Assembly (NCBI GenBank): GCA_964604675.1 | Contig: CAZSAT010000010.1 | Location: 10,771-74,770, forward strand | Direction: 5' to 3' | Source: an uncultured Enterobacterales bacterium | GTDB lineage: Bacteria > Myxococcota_A > UBA796 > CAJQPC01 | DNA length: 64,000 bases | Shown here: in pieces, positions 32,101 to 40,664 of the stretch | How positions within the stretch are numbered: the first letter of the stretch is position 1 | Layout: every line of letters begins with the position of its first letter | Notes under the pieces: generated by a model | The model's database searches: none | Seen by the model: the letters and a program-made list of their open reading frames with translations, nothing else | What the model was told of the DNA's origin: nothing | Program-made: the position numbers and the translations under genes

Positions 32101-33400
32101 GGACGCCCTCGACGCCGACTGCGACGACGCCTTCGACCTCGACGAGGACGCCGCGGTGGCGAGCTGCACCAACGGCCTCGACGACGACGGCGACGGCTGG
32201 ACCGACGAGGAGGACCCGGACTGCGCCTTCGGCGGTCTGGAGCACCTGGGCGGTCTCGGCGATGCGGCGTGCAACGACGGTGCCGACAACGACGGCGACA
32301 CCTTCGCCGACGCCGACGATCTGGAGTGCCTGCTCGCCCTGCAGTCGGACGAAGACCTCGCCGACCTCGGCAGCTGCGACAACGACACCGACGACGACGG
32401 CGACGGCTGGACCGACTGGGACGACCCGGACTGCTTGATCTACGGCGGCGAGCTCGCTTGGTCGCTGAGCGTCTGCAACAACGGCGCGGACGACGACGGG
32501 GACGGTGACGTGGATGCCGACGACCGCGGCTGCGAGCACGGCCTCGATCCCGAGGAGGCCGACGCGGCCGTGGTCTGCATCAACGGCGCCGACGACGACG
32601 GCGACGGCTGGATCGACGACGCGGACCCGGACTGCGTGGTGAGCACTGCGGAGGCGGGTGCCACGGGCGTGGCGGAGTGCGAGGACGGCGTGGACAACGA
32701 TGGCGACGGCGCCACCGACGGCGACGACGAGCAGTGCACGACCGCGCTCGACAACCTCGAGGCTTTGTCCTCCGGCGCCGACTGCGACGACGGCACCGAC
32801 AACGACGGCGACGGCTGGACCGACGGCGACGACCCGGACTGTGGCTGGGGTGCGAGCGAGGAGGGCTACGAGACCTCCTGGGACTGCAACGACGGCACCG
32901 ACGGCGACAAGGATGGCTACATCGACGCCGACGACCCCGGCTGCGACTCCGCCTTCGACGACGACGAGACGCACATCGACGGGTGCGCCAACGGCGAGGA
33001 CGACGATGGCGACGGCTGGATCGACCTGGACGATCCGGGCTGCCCGACAGCCACCACCCTCGACGAGGACGACGGTGTGGCGGGGGAGTACACCTGCAAC
33101 GACGGCGTGGACAACGACAAGGACGGCCTGGCCGACGCCGACGACCCCGGCTGCGACGACGGCTACGACACCGACGAGGCCGACCCGTCCACGGAGTGCA
33201 ACGACGGCGTGGACAACGACGGCGACGGCTGGATCGATCTGGACGACCCGGTCTGCACCGACGTCGGGGTCCTGCTGGAGGACGACGGGCTCGACACCGA
33301 CGTCGAGTGCAACGATGGCCTGGACAACGACACCGACGGGCTGGCCGACAGCGCCGACAGCGACTGCAGCTCGGCGGAGGACAACAACGAGACGAGCTGA
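29123..33400 (+). CDS. giant acidic lipoprotein (1425 aa) of about 50 thrombospondin-type-3-like Asp/Cys repeats
   Basis: A lipobox (MFLTLAMLGCTGE) and a 150-aa N-terminal domain. The body is an uninterrupted array alternating C-x-[DN]-G-x-D-[ND]-D-G-D-G-W-x-D-x-D-D-P-[DG]-C with C-N-D-G-x-D-N-D-G-D-x-x-x-D-x-x-D-x-x-C. The DxDxDGxxDxxD spacing matches TSP3/EF-hand-like Ca2+ loops bracketed by Cys pairs. Confidence 0.8.
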   Translation: MFLTLAMLGCTGETEVETKTSILVAIEASDLASLVATADTVGLVVDPDAPFEDADGNVLSGAYSDTMTFEDVVTDDAELELVYRVDVDPDWEAIDVIELKKGRNAPSMVFSALGWSGDSVVARSQTTSATDFVDDEILEITVPGLALLDTPEHDCNDTLDNDGDGWADAADPDCADDGTSEDGLGENACNDGVDNDEDGTVDAEDDDCDDGSGETEHEPCLDGLDNDGDGWTDDDDPDCHEDYADEVNATSSYDCNDGADNDGDGAIDSADEDCDDGRDYEELQACENGLDDDGDGWVDFDDPDCDTDGDELGYTDAECNDDEDNDGDGLEDSDDPACDSADDDETALCEDGLDNDADGWTDLDDPGCANDELADEDDGFGSTECNDGIDNDGDTYTDAGDPECADANDDAEATICSDGLDNDGDGWIDDDDPDCGTDGNELGYGSTECNDGADNDGDGSADGSDADCVSAEDDDEQDFCNNGLDDDGDGWFDGDDPDCAVDVTENGFGSDACNDGVDNDGDLGIDALDSACSAATDSTEEPGCENGLDDDGDGWIDADDPECATGSEESGKATAYECNDEANNDTGEDTAIDADDVDCEDGTDDSEAADPACDNGVDDDGDGWVDLDDPGCADAADDDESPVASSYACNDGVDSDSDGWVDSEDPGCDDGLDNDEIDVSDCNDGLDGDNDGWYDSDDPDCATPDGTESGFGTTGCNDDEDNDEDGYADVDDPGCDDAWDTNEADDADSCSDGTDDDGDGWTDDDDPDCASGDEELGVGSTACNDGVDNDGDDLTDADDPACTSAEVDDETDGDCLDGLDGDGDGWTDADDPDCATGTTEAGFGGTACNDGTDNDGDLAIDAADADCADAWDSVEDGDVDDCENGSDDDGDGWTDGDDVDCLTEGSEGGYAGWLCNDGVDNDGDGDLDADDADCVVAWQDFESADPTCDNGADDDGDGWFDDDDPDCATGEDEVGYTLLACNNGEDDDGDTYADALDADCDDAFDLDEDAAVASCTNGLDDDGDGWTDEEDPDCAFGGLEHLGGLGDAACNDGADNDGDTFADADDLECLLALQSDEDLADLGSCDNDTDDDGDGWTDWDDPDCLIYGGELAWSLSVCNNGADDDGDGDVDADDRGCEHGLDPEEADAAVVCINGADDDGDGWIDDADPDCVVSTAEAGATGVAECEDGVDNDGDGATDGDDEQCTTALDNLEALSSGADCDDGTDNDGDGWTDGDDPDCGWGASEEGYETSWDCNDGTDGDKDGYIDADDPGCDSAFDDDETHIDGCANGEDDDGDGWIDLDDPGCPTATTLDEDDGVAGEYTCNDGVDNDKDGLADADDPGCDDGYDTDEADPSTECNDGVDNDGDGWIDLDDPVCTDVGVLLEDDGLDTDVECNDGLDNDTDGLADSADSDCSSAEDNNETS
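29580..33385 (+). repeat. in-frame tandem DNA repeat array encoding the Asp/Cys repeats
   Basis: Near-identical stretches such as tgcaacgacggcgtcgacaacgacggcgacggc and gacgacgacggcgacggctgg recur dozens of times. The codon bias gives long open antisense frames, for example 30719..34807 on the minus strand. Confidence 0.8.
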
Positions 33401-33454
33401 TCGGGCGGGCTGATCCGTTAGGGGGCGCTCCGCTGAAGCGCGCCGGGAGATCCC

Positions 33455-35221
33455 ATGCTGTCCACCGTCCGTCGTACCCACACCTGCGGCGAGCTCCGTG
33501 CCGAGCACGAGGGCACCACCGTCCGACTCCAGGGCTGGGTCAACAGCTACCGTGACCTGGGCGGTGTGGTCTTCGTCGACCTCCGGGACCGCTACGGCGT
33601 GGTCCAGATCACCGCTGACGAGCGCGTGGCCGACGAGCTCCGCGCGGTCGCCGCGCGCTGCCGCAACGAGTACGTCGTCGAGATCTCCGGCACGGTCGCG
33701 GTGCGTTCGAACCCCAACCAGCGCCTCCCCACGGGCGCGGTCGAGGTCATCCCCAGCTCGGTGGAGATCCTGTCGACCACGCCGCCGCTGCCGTTCTCGC
33801 TCGAGACCGCCGCCGACGCCCACGAGGAGACGCGCCTCCGCTACCGCTACCTCGACCTGAGGCGCCCGGAGCTGCTGGCCAACTTCACCACGCGGCACAA
33901 GGCGGCGCAGTCGGTCCGGCGCTACCTCGACAGCGAGAGCTTCCTCGAGGTCGAGACCCCGGTCCTGACCAAGGCCACGCCGGAGGGGGCGCGCGACTAC
34001 CTGGTGCCGAGCCGCGTGCACGAAGGCCAGTGGTACGCCCTGCCCCAGAGCCCGCAGCTGTTCAAGCAGATCCTGATGATCTCGGGCTTCGATCGCTACT
34101 TCCAGATCGTGAAGTGCTTCCGCGACGAGGACCTGCGCGCCGACCGCCAGCCCGAGTTCACCCAGATCGACATCGAGATGACCTTCCCGGTGCGCGAGAC
34201 CGTGATGGAGGTGGCCGAGGGGGTGGCGCGCAACATGTGGCAGGACGTGCTGGGTCGGGACATCGGGGCGATCCCCCGGCTGTCCTACGACGAGTCGATG
34301 CGCCGCTTCGGGGTCGATGCTCCCGACATCCGCTTCGGTCTCGAGCACAGCGTCGTCACCTCCGAGCTCGCGGGGTCGGAGTCGCAGGTCATCCAGGGCG
34401 GCCTGGTCGATGGCGGCATCGCGAAGGCCTTCGCGATCCCGGGCGGTGCCAGCAAGGCGTCGCGGAAGGTGCTCGACCGCTGGACGCAGTTCGTGCGGCG
34501 GTACGGCATGGGTGGGCTCTTGTGGGGCAAGCTCGTCGATGGCGCCTGGAGCGGGCCGATGGGCAAGCTCCTGAGCGACGACGAGCGGTCGGCGGTGGCC
34601 TCGGCCACGGGCGCGTCGGACGGCGACCTGGTGCTCCTGGGTGTCGGGCCGGCAGCCCGCGTGCATGCAGGGCTCGGCAAGCTCCGCGCGAGCCTGGGCA
34701 AGGAGCTCGAGCTCATCGAGCCGGGCGTGTTCGCCTTCTGCTGGGTCGTCGACTTTCCGAGCTTCGAGTGGGACGAGGACGCCGAGCGCTACTTCGCGTG
34801 CCACCACCCGTTCACGTCACCGCGCCCCGAGCACCGCCACCTGCTGGCGCACCCCGAGCGCCTGGGTGAGGTCTACGCCGACGCCTACGACCTGGTGTGC
34901 AACGGCTACGAGATCGCGGGCGGCTCCATCCGAATCCACGACCAGGAGCTGCAGGGCCACGTGTTCAAGGCGCTCGGTCTCTCCGAGGAGGAGGCCGAGG
35001 AGAAGTTCGGCTTCCTGCTCGAGGCGCTGCAGCACGGTGCGCCGCCCCACGGTGGTATCGCCTTCGGCTTCGATCGCTGCGTGATGCTCCTGGCCGGCAC
35101 GGAGAACATCCGTGACGTGATCGCCTTCCCCAAGACCGCGAGCGCCCAGGACCTGATGAGCGGCGCCCCCAGCTCGGTGGATGCCGATCAGCTGGCAGAG
35201 GTCCACGTCAGGAACGTCTGA
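33455..35221 (+). CDS. aspS: aspartate--tRNA ligase
   Basis: MLSTVRRTHTCGELRAEHEGTTVRLQGWVNSYRDLGGVVFVDLRDRYG (anticodon-binding OB fold), QSPQLFKQILMISGFDRYFQIVKCFRDEDLRADRQPEFTQID (class II motif 2), and GGSIRIHD...LEALQHGAPPHGGIAFGFDR (motif 3). Confidence 0.9.
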   Translation: MLSTVRRTHTCGELRAEHEGTTVRLQGWVNSYRDLGGVVFVDLRDRYGVVQITADERVADELRAVAARCRNEYVVEISGTVAVRSNPNQRLPTGAVEVIPSSVEILSTTPPLPFSLETAADAHEETRLRYRYLDLRRPELLANFTTRHKAAQSVRRYLDSESFLEVETPVLTKATPEGARDYLVPSRVHEGQWYALPQSPQLFKQILMISGFDRYFQIVKCFRDEDLRADRQPEFTQIDIEMTFPVRETVMEVAEGVARNMWQDVLGRDIGAIPRLSYDESMRRFGVDAPDIRFGLEHSVVTSELAGSESQVIQGGLVDGGIAKAFAIPGGASKASRKVLDRWTQFVRRYGMGGLLWGKLVDGAWSGPMGKLLSDDERSAVASATGASDGDLVLLGVGPAARVHAGLGKLRASLGKELELIEPGVFAFCWVVDFPSFEWDEDAERYFACHHPFTSPRPEHRHLLAHPERLGEVYADAYDLVCNGYEIAGGSIRIHDQELQGHVFKALGLSEEEAEEKFGFLLEALQHGAPPHGGIAFGFDRCVMLLAGTENIRDVIAFPKTASAQDLMSGAPSSVDADQLAEVHVRNV

Positions 35222-35255
35222 GGTCTGGCCCGTCCTCGGGCGGTCGGTCCGCGTC

Positions 35256-35369
35256 TCAGAAGAGCGCGAACCAGCTCTGCTCCACGGCCGCGATGGCCAG
35301 CGCGAGCAGCAGGGCGAGGTAGATGCCGGCGTCCACCTGGGAGCGGGGAACCTGGGTGCGCGTCATCAT
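35256..35369 (-). CDS. small hydrophobic peptide (37 aa)
   Basis: MMTRTQVPRSQVDAGIYLALLLALAIAAVEQSWFALF. On the minus strand it is preceded by aggagg 7 nt upstream of the ATG. It lies directly downstream of the zinc-ribbon gene on the same strand. Confidence 0.3.
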   Translation of the reverse strand: MMTRTQVPRSQVDAGIYLALLLALAIAAVEQSWFALF

Positions 35370-35488
35370 GGGTGCCTCCTGGGTCGAGGAGTGCTCCCAC
35401 GGTAGGCCGCCCGAGGGGGTCGAAGTCAAGGGTTTTTCGACTATTTGTGTCTGTGATCTGCCGGGGGTCAGCGCGGCACCAGTCGCGG

Positions 35489-36613
35489 CTACGGCCGGCC
35501 CGCACCACCGCCGCCGCTCGGCGTGCCCTGGGTCTGGCTCAGGTACGCCACCACGCCGAGCACCGCGAGCACTGCGAGCACCGCCAGCGCGATCTTGACC
35601 CAGCTCCAGGGGGCGGTGCCGTGGGTCTTTCCAGTCTGTCCGTTGACCAGGTACTGGTAGACCTTGCCCTGGTACTTGTAGGCCGCGATCCAGACCGGCA
35701 GCAGGATGTGCTTGAAGGTCACGTCCGAGAAGTGCGAGCTCACCCGGAGGTTCCGGTGCGTGTCGCCCGGCACCATCGAGCCGCACTCGCTGCGGATGGT
35801 GGACTCCATCTTGCCCTTGGCGGTGCCGTAGCCGTCCTTCAGCGCCAGCTGGTAGCGCTCGGCCGTGAAGCCCGCGAGGTACTGGGTGTCGTACTGCTTG
35901 AGCTGCTCGAGCCGGAAGGGCTCGAGGCCCTCGAAGAGCTTCTGCTCGAGACCCTTCGACGCGCTCACCAGCACGTCGTCGAAGAACTTGGCGTGGCGGC
36001 CGGCTGCGGGCTCCCAGCGGGTCTTCCTCACCTGCCGTGTCTTGGTCACCGAGCGTCCGTTCTCCTGGGTCGTGTAGGTCTCGGTGACGTAGTAGTAGTA
36101 GCCGGCCTCGGCGGTCCAGTGGCTGCGGGTGTGCGCGTCGTAGGTCCAGCACGGCACGTAGATCCCGGCGATCTTCTCGAGCCGGGCGAGCTGCTTCAGC
36201 GCGTTGGGGCGGAACCACAAGCCCGAGATCCAACCCTGGAAGTCGCCGATGGCCTTGGCCTTGTCCACGGTGAAGGCGAGCACCGACTCCGGCCGGATGA
36301 CGTCTTCGTGGGACTCGGCGAGATCGAGCTTGTCGTTGCCGCAGAAGCCGCAGTTGGTGGCGGTCAGCTTCGCGTCCACCTCGCTGATGGCGCCGCAGGC
36401 GTCGCACTGGAACTCCTGCAGATCCCCACCGAAGCCGCGTGCCGCGGACACGGCGGCCTGGTCGAGGCGGTGTTCGGTCGGCAGGTAGGGCTGGTTCGCA
36501 GCCTCTTCCTTGACCTCGTGACCGCAGTACTCGCAGGTCAGCCCCGACGCGCCGGGCGTCCACATGAGCTCTGCGCCGCAACCCGGACAGGGAAAGTTCT
36601 GGCCAGCCGCCAT
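35489..36613 (-). CDS. double zinc-ribbon membrane-anchored protein (YdjG-like partner of the SPFH protein)
   Basis: MAAGQNFPCPGCGAEL...CEYCGHEV and a second CDACGAI...CGFCGND ribbon, with a C-terminal TM helix (WSWVKIALAVLAVLAVLGVVAYL). Confidence 0.6.
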   Translation of the reverse strand: MAAGQNFPCPGCGAELMWTPGASGLTCEYCGHEVKEEAANQPYLPTEHRLDQAAVSAARGFGGDLQEFQCDACGAISEVDAKLTATNCGFCGNDKLDLAESHEDVIRPESVLAFTVDKAKAIGDFQGWISGLWFRPNALKQLARLEKIAGIYVPCWTYDAHTRSHWTAEAGYYYYVTETYTTQENGRSVTKTRQVRKTRWEPAAGRHAKFFDDVLVSASKGLEQKLFEGLEPFRLEQLKQYDTQYLAGFTAERYQLALKDGYGTAKGKMESTIRSECGSMVPGDTHRNLRVSSHFSDVTFKHILLPVWIAAYKYQGKVYQYLVNGQTGKTHGTAPWSWVKIALAVLAVLAVLGVVAYLSQTQGTPSGGGGAGRP

Positions 36614-36664
36614 GGGGGCTCCTCCCGTGCGGCTGAAGCCTATCGCAGAGTGGGCCTCGGAGGG

Positions 36665-37978
36665 CTACATCGGCGGCGGCGGCGGCGGTCCACCGCCGAG
36701 CAGGACCGCGATCTCCGGGACGTCGCGGGCGGGCTTCCAGCCGGCCCAGCCCGTGGCCCACACGTTGTGGGCGCCGCCGGGGTCGGCCTGGACCTTGCTC
36801 GCGATGTCCGCCGCGGAGAGGCCCTGGGCCTGCCCGCTCGGGCCGCTGTAGTGGAAGCTGGCCTGCGAGGGCGCCACGAGGGAGGCGATCTCGGGCACCT
36901 GATCCCACGGCTTCCAGCCGGCCCAGCCCTGGGCCCAGATGTTGTGGTTGCCGGAGCGGTTCGCCGAGATCTCGGCGGCGATCTGCGCGGCCGAGAGGCC
37001 CTGCTTCTGGCCGGACGGACCGCTGTAGTGGAAGCTGGCGCCCTGTTGCGGCGGCGGAGGTGGCGGCGGCGCATGGCCCTGGGACAGGCCTTGCTGAGGG
37101 TTGAACTGCCCCCCCTGGGACTGCGCCATCTGGTTGGCCATCTGGTTTCCGACCGCGAAGCCCATGCCGGCCTGCATCATCGGGTTGCCGCCGCCGGGCG
37201 CCGACGCGGACTCGCGGATCGCCTTGGCGGTCTGGAACTGGGTGTAGGCGCCCATGTCGCCCACGATGCCCATCGAGGTGCGCTCGTCGAGCGCCTTCTC
37301 GACGTTGGGCGGCAGCGACAGGTTGACGATCGCGAAGTCGGTGAGCGTGATCCCGTAGTGGCTGGTGAACCAGGGCGTCATCTGCTTGCACATGCCGTCG
37401 CCCAGCTCGGTGAACTGCGCCCCGAGATCGAGCACGCCCATCCGGGCCTCGACGACCGCGTCGGTGAAGCTGGAGATGAGCTTCCGCTTGAGCTGGCCGG
37501 TGATCTCGCCGGTCTTGAAGAGGTGGTCGGTGCCCACGACCTGGCGGAGGAACTGCGCCGGGTCGGTCACGCGGAAGCAGTAGCTGCCGAAGGCCCGCAC
37601 GCGCACCACGCCGAAGTCCGGGTCGCGCATCATGAAGGGGTTCGACGTGCCCCACTTCTGGTCGGTGAACTGCTTCGTGTTCACGAAGTAGATCTCGCCC
37701 TTGTAGGGGTCGTCGAAGCCGTAGCCGATCGTGGTGAAGAAGCTCAGGATGCGCGTGTTGCGCGTGTCGAGGTCCCACGAGCCGGGCCCGAAGACGTCGG
37801 AGAGCTGGCCTTCGTTGATGAAGACGGCCGCCTGGCCTTCGCGGACCACGAGCTTGGAGCCGTCGGTGATGGCCTTCTGGTGGGTGGGGAAGCGGTACAC
37901 GATCGTGTCGTTCGTGCTGTCCGTCCACTCGATGACCTCGAGGAAGGTCTTGGCCTTGATGCTGTCGAAGATGCCCAT
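36665..37978 (-). CDS. SPFH/band-7 family protein (YdjI-like) with two C-terminal GYF-like (DUF4339-type) repeats and polyproline tracts
   Basis: An N-terminal SPFH-like region (MGIFDSIKAKTFLEVIEWTD...). The C-terminus duplicates SFHYSGPSGQ(K/A)QGLSAA(Q/D)IA...NHN(I/V)WA(Q/T)GWAGWKP, flanked by PPPPPPPQQG and GGGPPPPPPM. Confidence 0.7.
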   Translation of the reverse strand: MGIFDSIKAKTFLEVIEWTDSTNDTIVYRFPTHQKAITDGSKLVVREGQAAVFINEGQLSDVFGPGSWDLDTRNTRILSFFTTIGYGFDDPYKGEIYFVNTKQFTDQKWGTSNPFMMRDPDFGVVRVRAFGSYCFRVTDPAQFLRQVVGTDHLFKTGEITGQLKRKLISSFTDAVVEARMGVLDLGAQFTELGDGMCKQMTPWFTSHYGITLTDFAIVNLSLPPNVEKALDERTSMGIVGDMGAYTQFQTAKAIRESASAPGGGNPMMQAGMGFAVGNQMANQMAQSQGGQFNPQQGLSQGHAPPPPPPPQQGASFHYSGPSGQKQGLSAAQIAAEISANRSGNHNIWAQGWAGWKPWDQVPEIASLVAPSQASFHYSGPSGQAQGLSAADIASKVQADPGGAHNVWATGWAGWKPARDVPEIAVLLGGGPPPPPPM

Positions 37979-38047
37979 GCGGTGACCTCGTCAGGGGGGT
38001 GGCCTTGGCTTAGCGCGGCCGTTCGCCATTCGCAGACACCGAGGTGC

Positions 38048-38912
38048 CTATTGCTTCTCGAAGGCTTCGAGATCGAAGCCCCGTGAGCTTCCTGGCTCCA
38101 TCGCCCACCAGTAGAGGGCGTCAGTGCTGGTGTGCGCCGCCCACGATCCGTCGGCCGCGAGGGCGATGAACCCCGCGCGCCAGCCGCGCCCCCCGATGCG
38201 GTCCAGCAGGCGGCGACACGCTTCGTCGACCGAGACCTGCTCCATTTCCATCACGAGCCGCACCGCCATCGCTCCCTCCACGATCTCCTCGCCCACCCCG
38301 GTGCAGCTCACCGCGCCCGCCTCGGTCGCGTAGGTCGCGGCCACGGTCGGCGTGTCGCTGACGCGGTGGGGGCGCTCGTAGCCGCGGCCCCCGGTCGACG
38401 TGGCGGCGGCCAGCCGCCCCTTCGCGTCCAGGGCCACCGCCCCGACCGTGCCCGTGAGTCCGTCTCTCCGGCGGGTCCATTCGGCACGGGCGGCGGCCGT
38501 CTCGTTGTTCCGGAACGGCAACCCGAGGTCTCGGGCGCGGGCCTCGGCCCCGGCGCCGGCCAGAGTGCGGGAGCCCTCCTCCATCAAGGCCCGCGCCAGG
38601 CGCACCGGGTTCGCCAGACCCACCGCGTTGACGACACCGCCGAAGCGCTCCCGGTGCCCGTCCATGACGGCCGCACAGAGGCGTGGCACACCGTCCTGTT
38701 GGAGCTTGGCGCCCCGACCGGCGTTGAAGAGCGGATCGTCCTCGAGGTGGCAGACCGCCTCGGTCACGGCCGTCACGGCGTCCCCGCCGGCCGCCAGGGT
38801 CGGCCAGACCTGTTCGCCGATCCGTTCCAGGGCGCCGTGCAGCTCGCTCGCGCGCCCGTGTGCGTGGCGCCTTCCTGCGCCGCCGTGGATCACCAGCACC
38901 GGCTTTTTCATC
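38048..38912 (-). CDS. isoaspartyl peptidase / L-asparaginase (Ntn-hydrolase, asparaginase_2 family)
   Basis: MKKPVLVIHGGAG...GTVGAVALDAKGRLAAATSTGG (autoproteolytic Thr motif). The minus-strand RBS is gagagggg. The track ORF is over-extended at its 5' end. Confidence 0.8.
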
Positions 38913-38955
38913 TCGACCCCTCTCAAGAACATCGGGCCCGTCCGTTGAGTTGGAC

Positions 38956-39789
38956 ATGGAAGCACGAACGATGTCCACCGTCGGCCAGATGAACCTGAAG
39001 CCCGCCACCGAGGCCTGGGGCATCGAACGCGTCGAGGACGTGGCCGAGCGCATGCGCGAGTCAGGCGCGGCCTTCGTCGTGGTCCAGGATGGCGGCGACG
39101 GTGCCCGGATCTTCGACGCCGAGGCGGTGTACGCGGCGAACCCGGACTCGATGCTCGACCTGCTGGCCGGCGGCGTGGACGTGCTGTACGTCGACGCAAT
39201 GACCGCCGAGGCGGAGCTACCACCGGAGCGCCCGCTCGCTGTGCGTGAAGGCGCCGAGCTCATCGGCCTGCTGATGGGCGACAAGAAGATCACTGTCGAT
39301 CCCGAGGAGCAGCGACGCAAGGCGCGCGCCTGGGCGCTGCCGACGGGAGGTGCCGATGCGCAGGCCGCGGCGATGGATGCCATCCGCGGCGCCATGCCCG
39401 TGTTTCGCAAGAAGCGGATCGCGCTGGTGCTCGACGTCCAGCCCAGCCGTGTCGAAGGCGATGGCTTCCTGGTCCGCGACATCATCGACATGCTGCTCGA
39501 GGAGAGCCTGGAGATCCTGCAGCGCTGCGGCGGTGGAACCGGCGTGCACGTGACGGTGGGTCAGGGCCCCTCGGGCCTCTGGATCGGCGTGGAGGACCAC
39601 GGCAGCCGCACGACCTTCACCGACGTCGACGCCATCCTCCACGACGGTCCGAGCGAGGATCCGACGGTGCTCGCCCTGCGTCGGCTGGCTCGGCGGGTCG
39701 AGGGCGATGGCGGTGTCATGCGTGTGCAGACCACGCGGTCCGGCACCCGCTTCATGGTGCGGCTGCCCCTTCCAAGCGCCGACGCGTAG
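38956..39789 (+). CDS. CBS-like N-terminal domain fused to a HATPase_c-like C-terminus (no HisKA)
   Basis: The C-terminus IDMLLEESLEILQRCGGGTGVHVTV...GLWIGVEDHGS...GTRFMVRLPLP resembles a GHKL ATPase. There is no H-box. Confidence 0.5.
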   Translation: MEARTMSTVGQMNLKPATEAWGIERVEDVAERMRESGAAFVVVQDGGDGARIFDAEAVYAANPDSMLDLLAGGVDVLYVDAMTAEAELPPERPLAVREGAELIGLLMGDKKITVDPEEQRRKARAWALPTGGADAQAAAMDAIRGAMPVFRKKRIALVLDVQPSRVEGDGFLVRDIIDMLLEESLEILQRCGGGTGVHVTVGQGPSGLWIGVEDHGSRTTFTDVDAILHDGPSEDPTVLALRRLARRVEGDGGVMRVQTTRSGTRFMVRLPLPSADA

Positions 39790-39825
39790 CGACACGTCGC
39801 AGCGTCGCGGGGTAGGCTCCCCGCG

Positions 39826-40662
39826 ATGTTGTGGATGATGTTGCAGGTGGTCCATGCGTGCGACGCACGGACCGACACCGCCGAGCTCCAGTCGGCCATG
39901 GAGCGCGCCGAGGCCGCCTACGGCAGCCTCGATCTCGAGGGCTTCGCCACGGCCACCAACGACTTCCGTCGCGTGCTGGAGTGCCTGGAGGATCCGGTCA
40001 CGCGCCCCGTGGCGGCCCAGGTCCACCGGCTGCAGGGGCTCCGAGCCTTCGTGGATCAAGAGGCCGAGTACGCCAAGCTGGCCTTCGCTGCGGCGCGGGC
40101 GATCCAGGGGAGCTACCGCTTCCCCGAGACCCTCATCCCGACCGGCAACCCCGTGCTGGTGGTCTACGACGCCGTCCCGCTCACCATGGGCACCTCCCAG
40201 ACCGTCTCCTCACCCGGCCTGGAGGCGTACTGGGGCTTCGACGGTCGCACCACCGACCAGCGGCCGGTCAACTGGCCCACGCTGGTGCAACGCTTCGACG
40301 GCTCGGGCGCGGTCGCTGACACGGCGTACCTCTGGCCCGGTGATCCGCTGCCCCTACCGGCCGGAGCGCCGCCCCCCATCCCGTCGCCGCTGCCCGCCCC
40401 CGATCCCGCGTCGGCTCCGGCGCCTGCGGAACGCGGCGGGGCCGGCTCGGTCGTGCTGCTCGGCGGGGCCGTGGGCACGGGTGTGGTGGCCGGAGCCATC
40501 TACTACTCGGCCTACCGCGCCTCGCAGAACTTCGAAGCGCCTGGGCTCAGCGAAGCGCAGGTCCAGGGCTACTACGACAAGGCGCGCTCACGCACGGTGG
40601 TCTCCGCCGGTGTCGGCGCGCTCGCGGCGGGCCTGGGCGTGGGCGCCGTGCTGACCTGGTAG
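39826..40662 (+). CDS. hypothetical secreted/membrane protein with a Pro-rich linker and a C-terminal TM region
   Basis: ORF 39826..40662. PLPLPAGAPPPIPSPLPAPDPASAPAPA, then a Gly/Ala-rich hydrophobic tail. Confidence 0.4.
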   Translation: MLWMMLQVVHACDARTDTAELQSAMERAEAAYGSLDLEGFATATNDFRRVLECLEDPVTRPVAAQVHRLQGLRAFVDQEAEYAKLAFAAARAIQGSYRFPETLIPTGNPVLVVYDAVPLTMGTSQTVSSPGLEAYWGFDGRTTDQRPVNWPTLVQRFDGSGAVADTAYLWPGDPLPLPAGAPPPIPSPLPAPDPASAPAPAERGGAGSVVLLGGAVGTGVVAGAIYYSAYRASQNFEAPGLSEAQVQGYYDKARSRTVVSAGVGALAAGLGVGAVLTW

Positions 40663-40664
40663 GA

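Noticed and set aside
29580-33385. Possible CRISPR array, suggested by the regular short repeats
   Set aside because: The repeats lie in-frame inside a continuous ORF, have no unique spacers, are not flanked by an AT-rich leader or cas genes, and encode a coherent protein motif.
30719-34807. 1362-aa minus-strand ORF (and similar giants at 2414..4897 -, 4510..8106 +, 35256..37928 -, 35372..38086 +, 48027..51086 -, 56844..63956 -)
   Set aside because: Their translations are low-complexity Arg/Gly/Ala/Val runs (for example AVAVVVGAV...) that lie antisense or out of frame to well-supported genes (the repeat lipoproteins, aspS, SPFH, PKS). Long open frames like these are expected at about 70% GC and in codon-biased tandem repeats.
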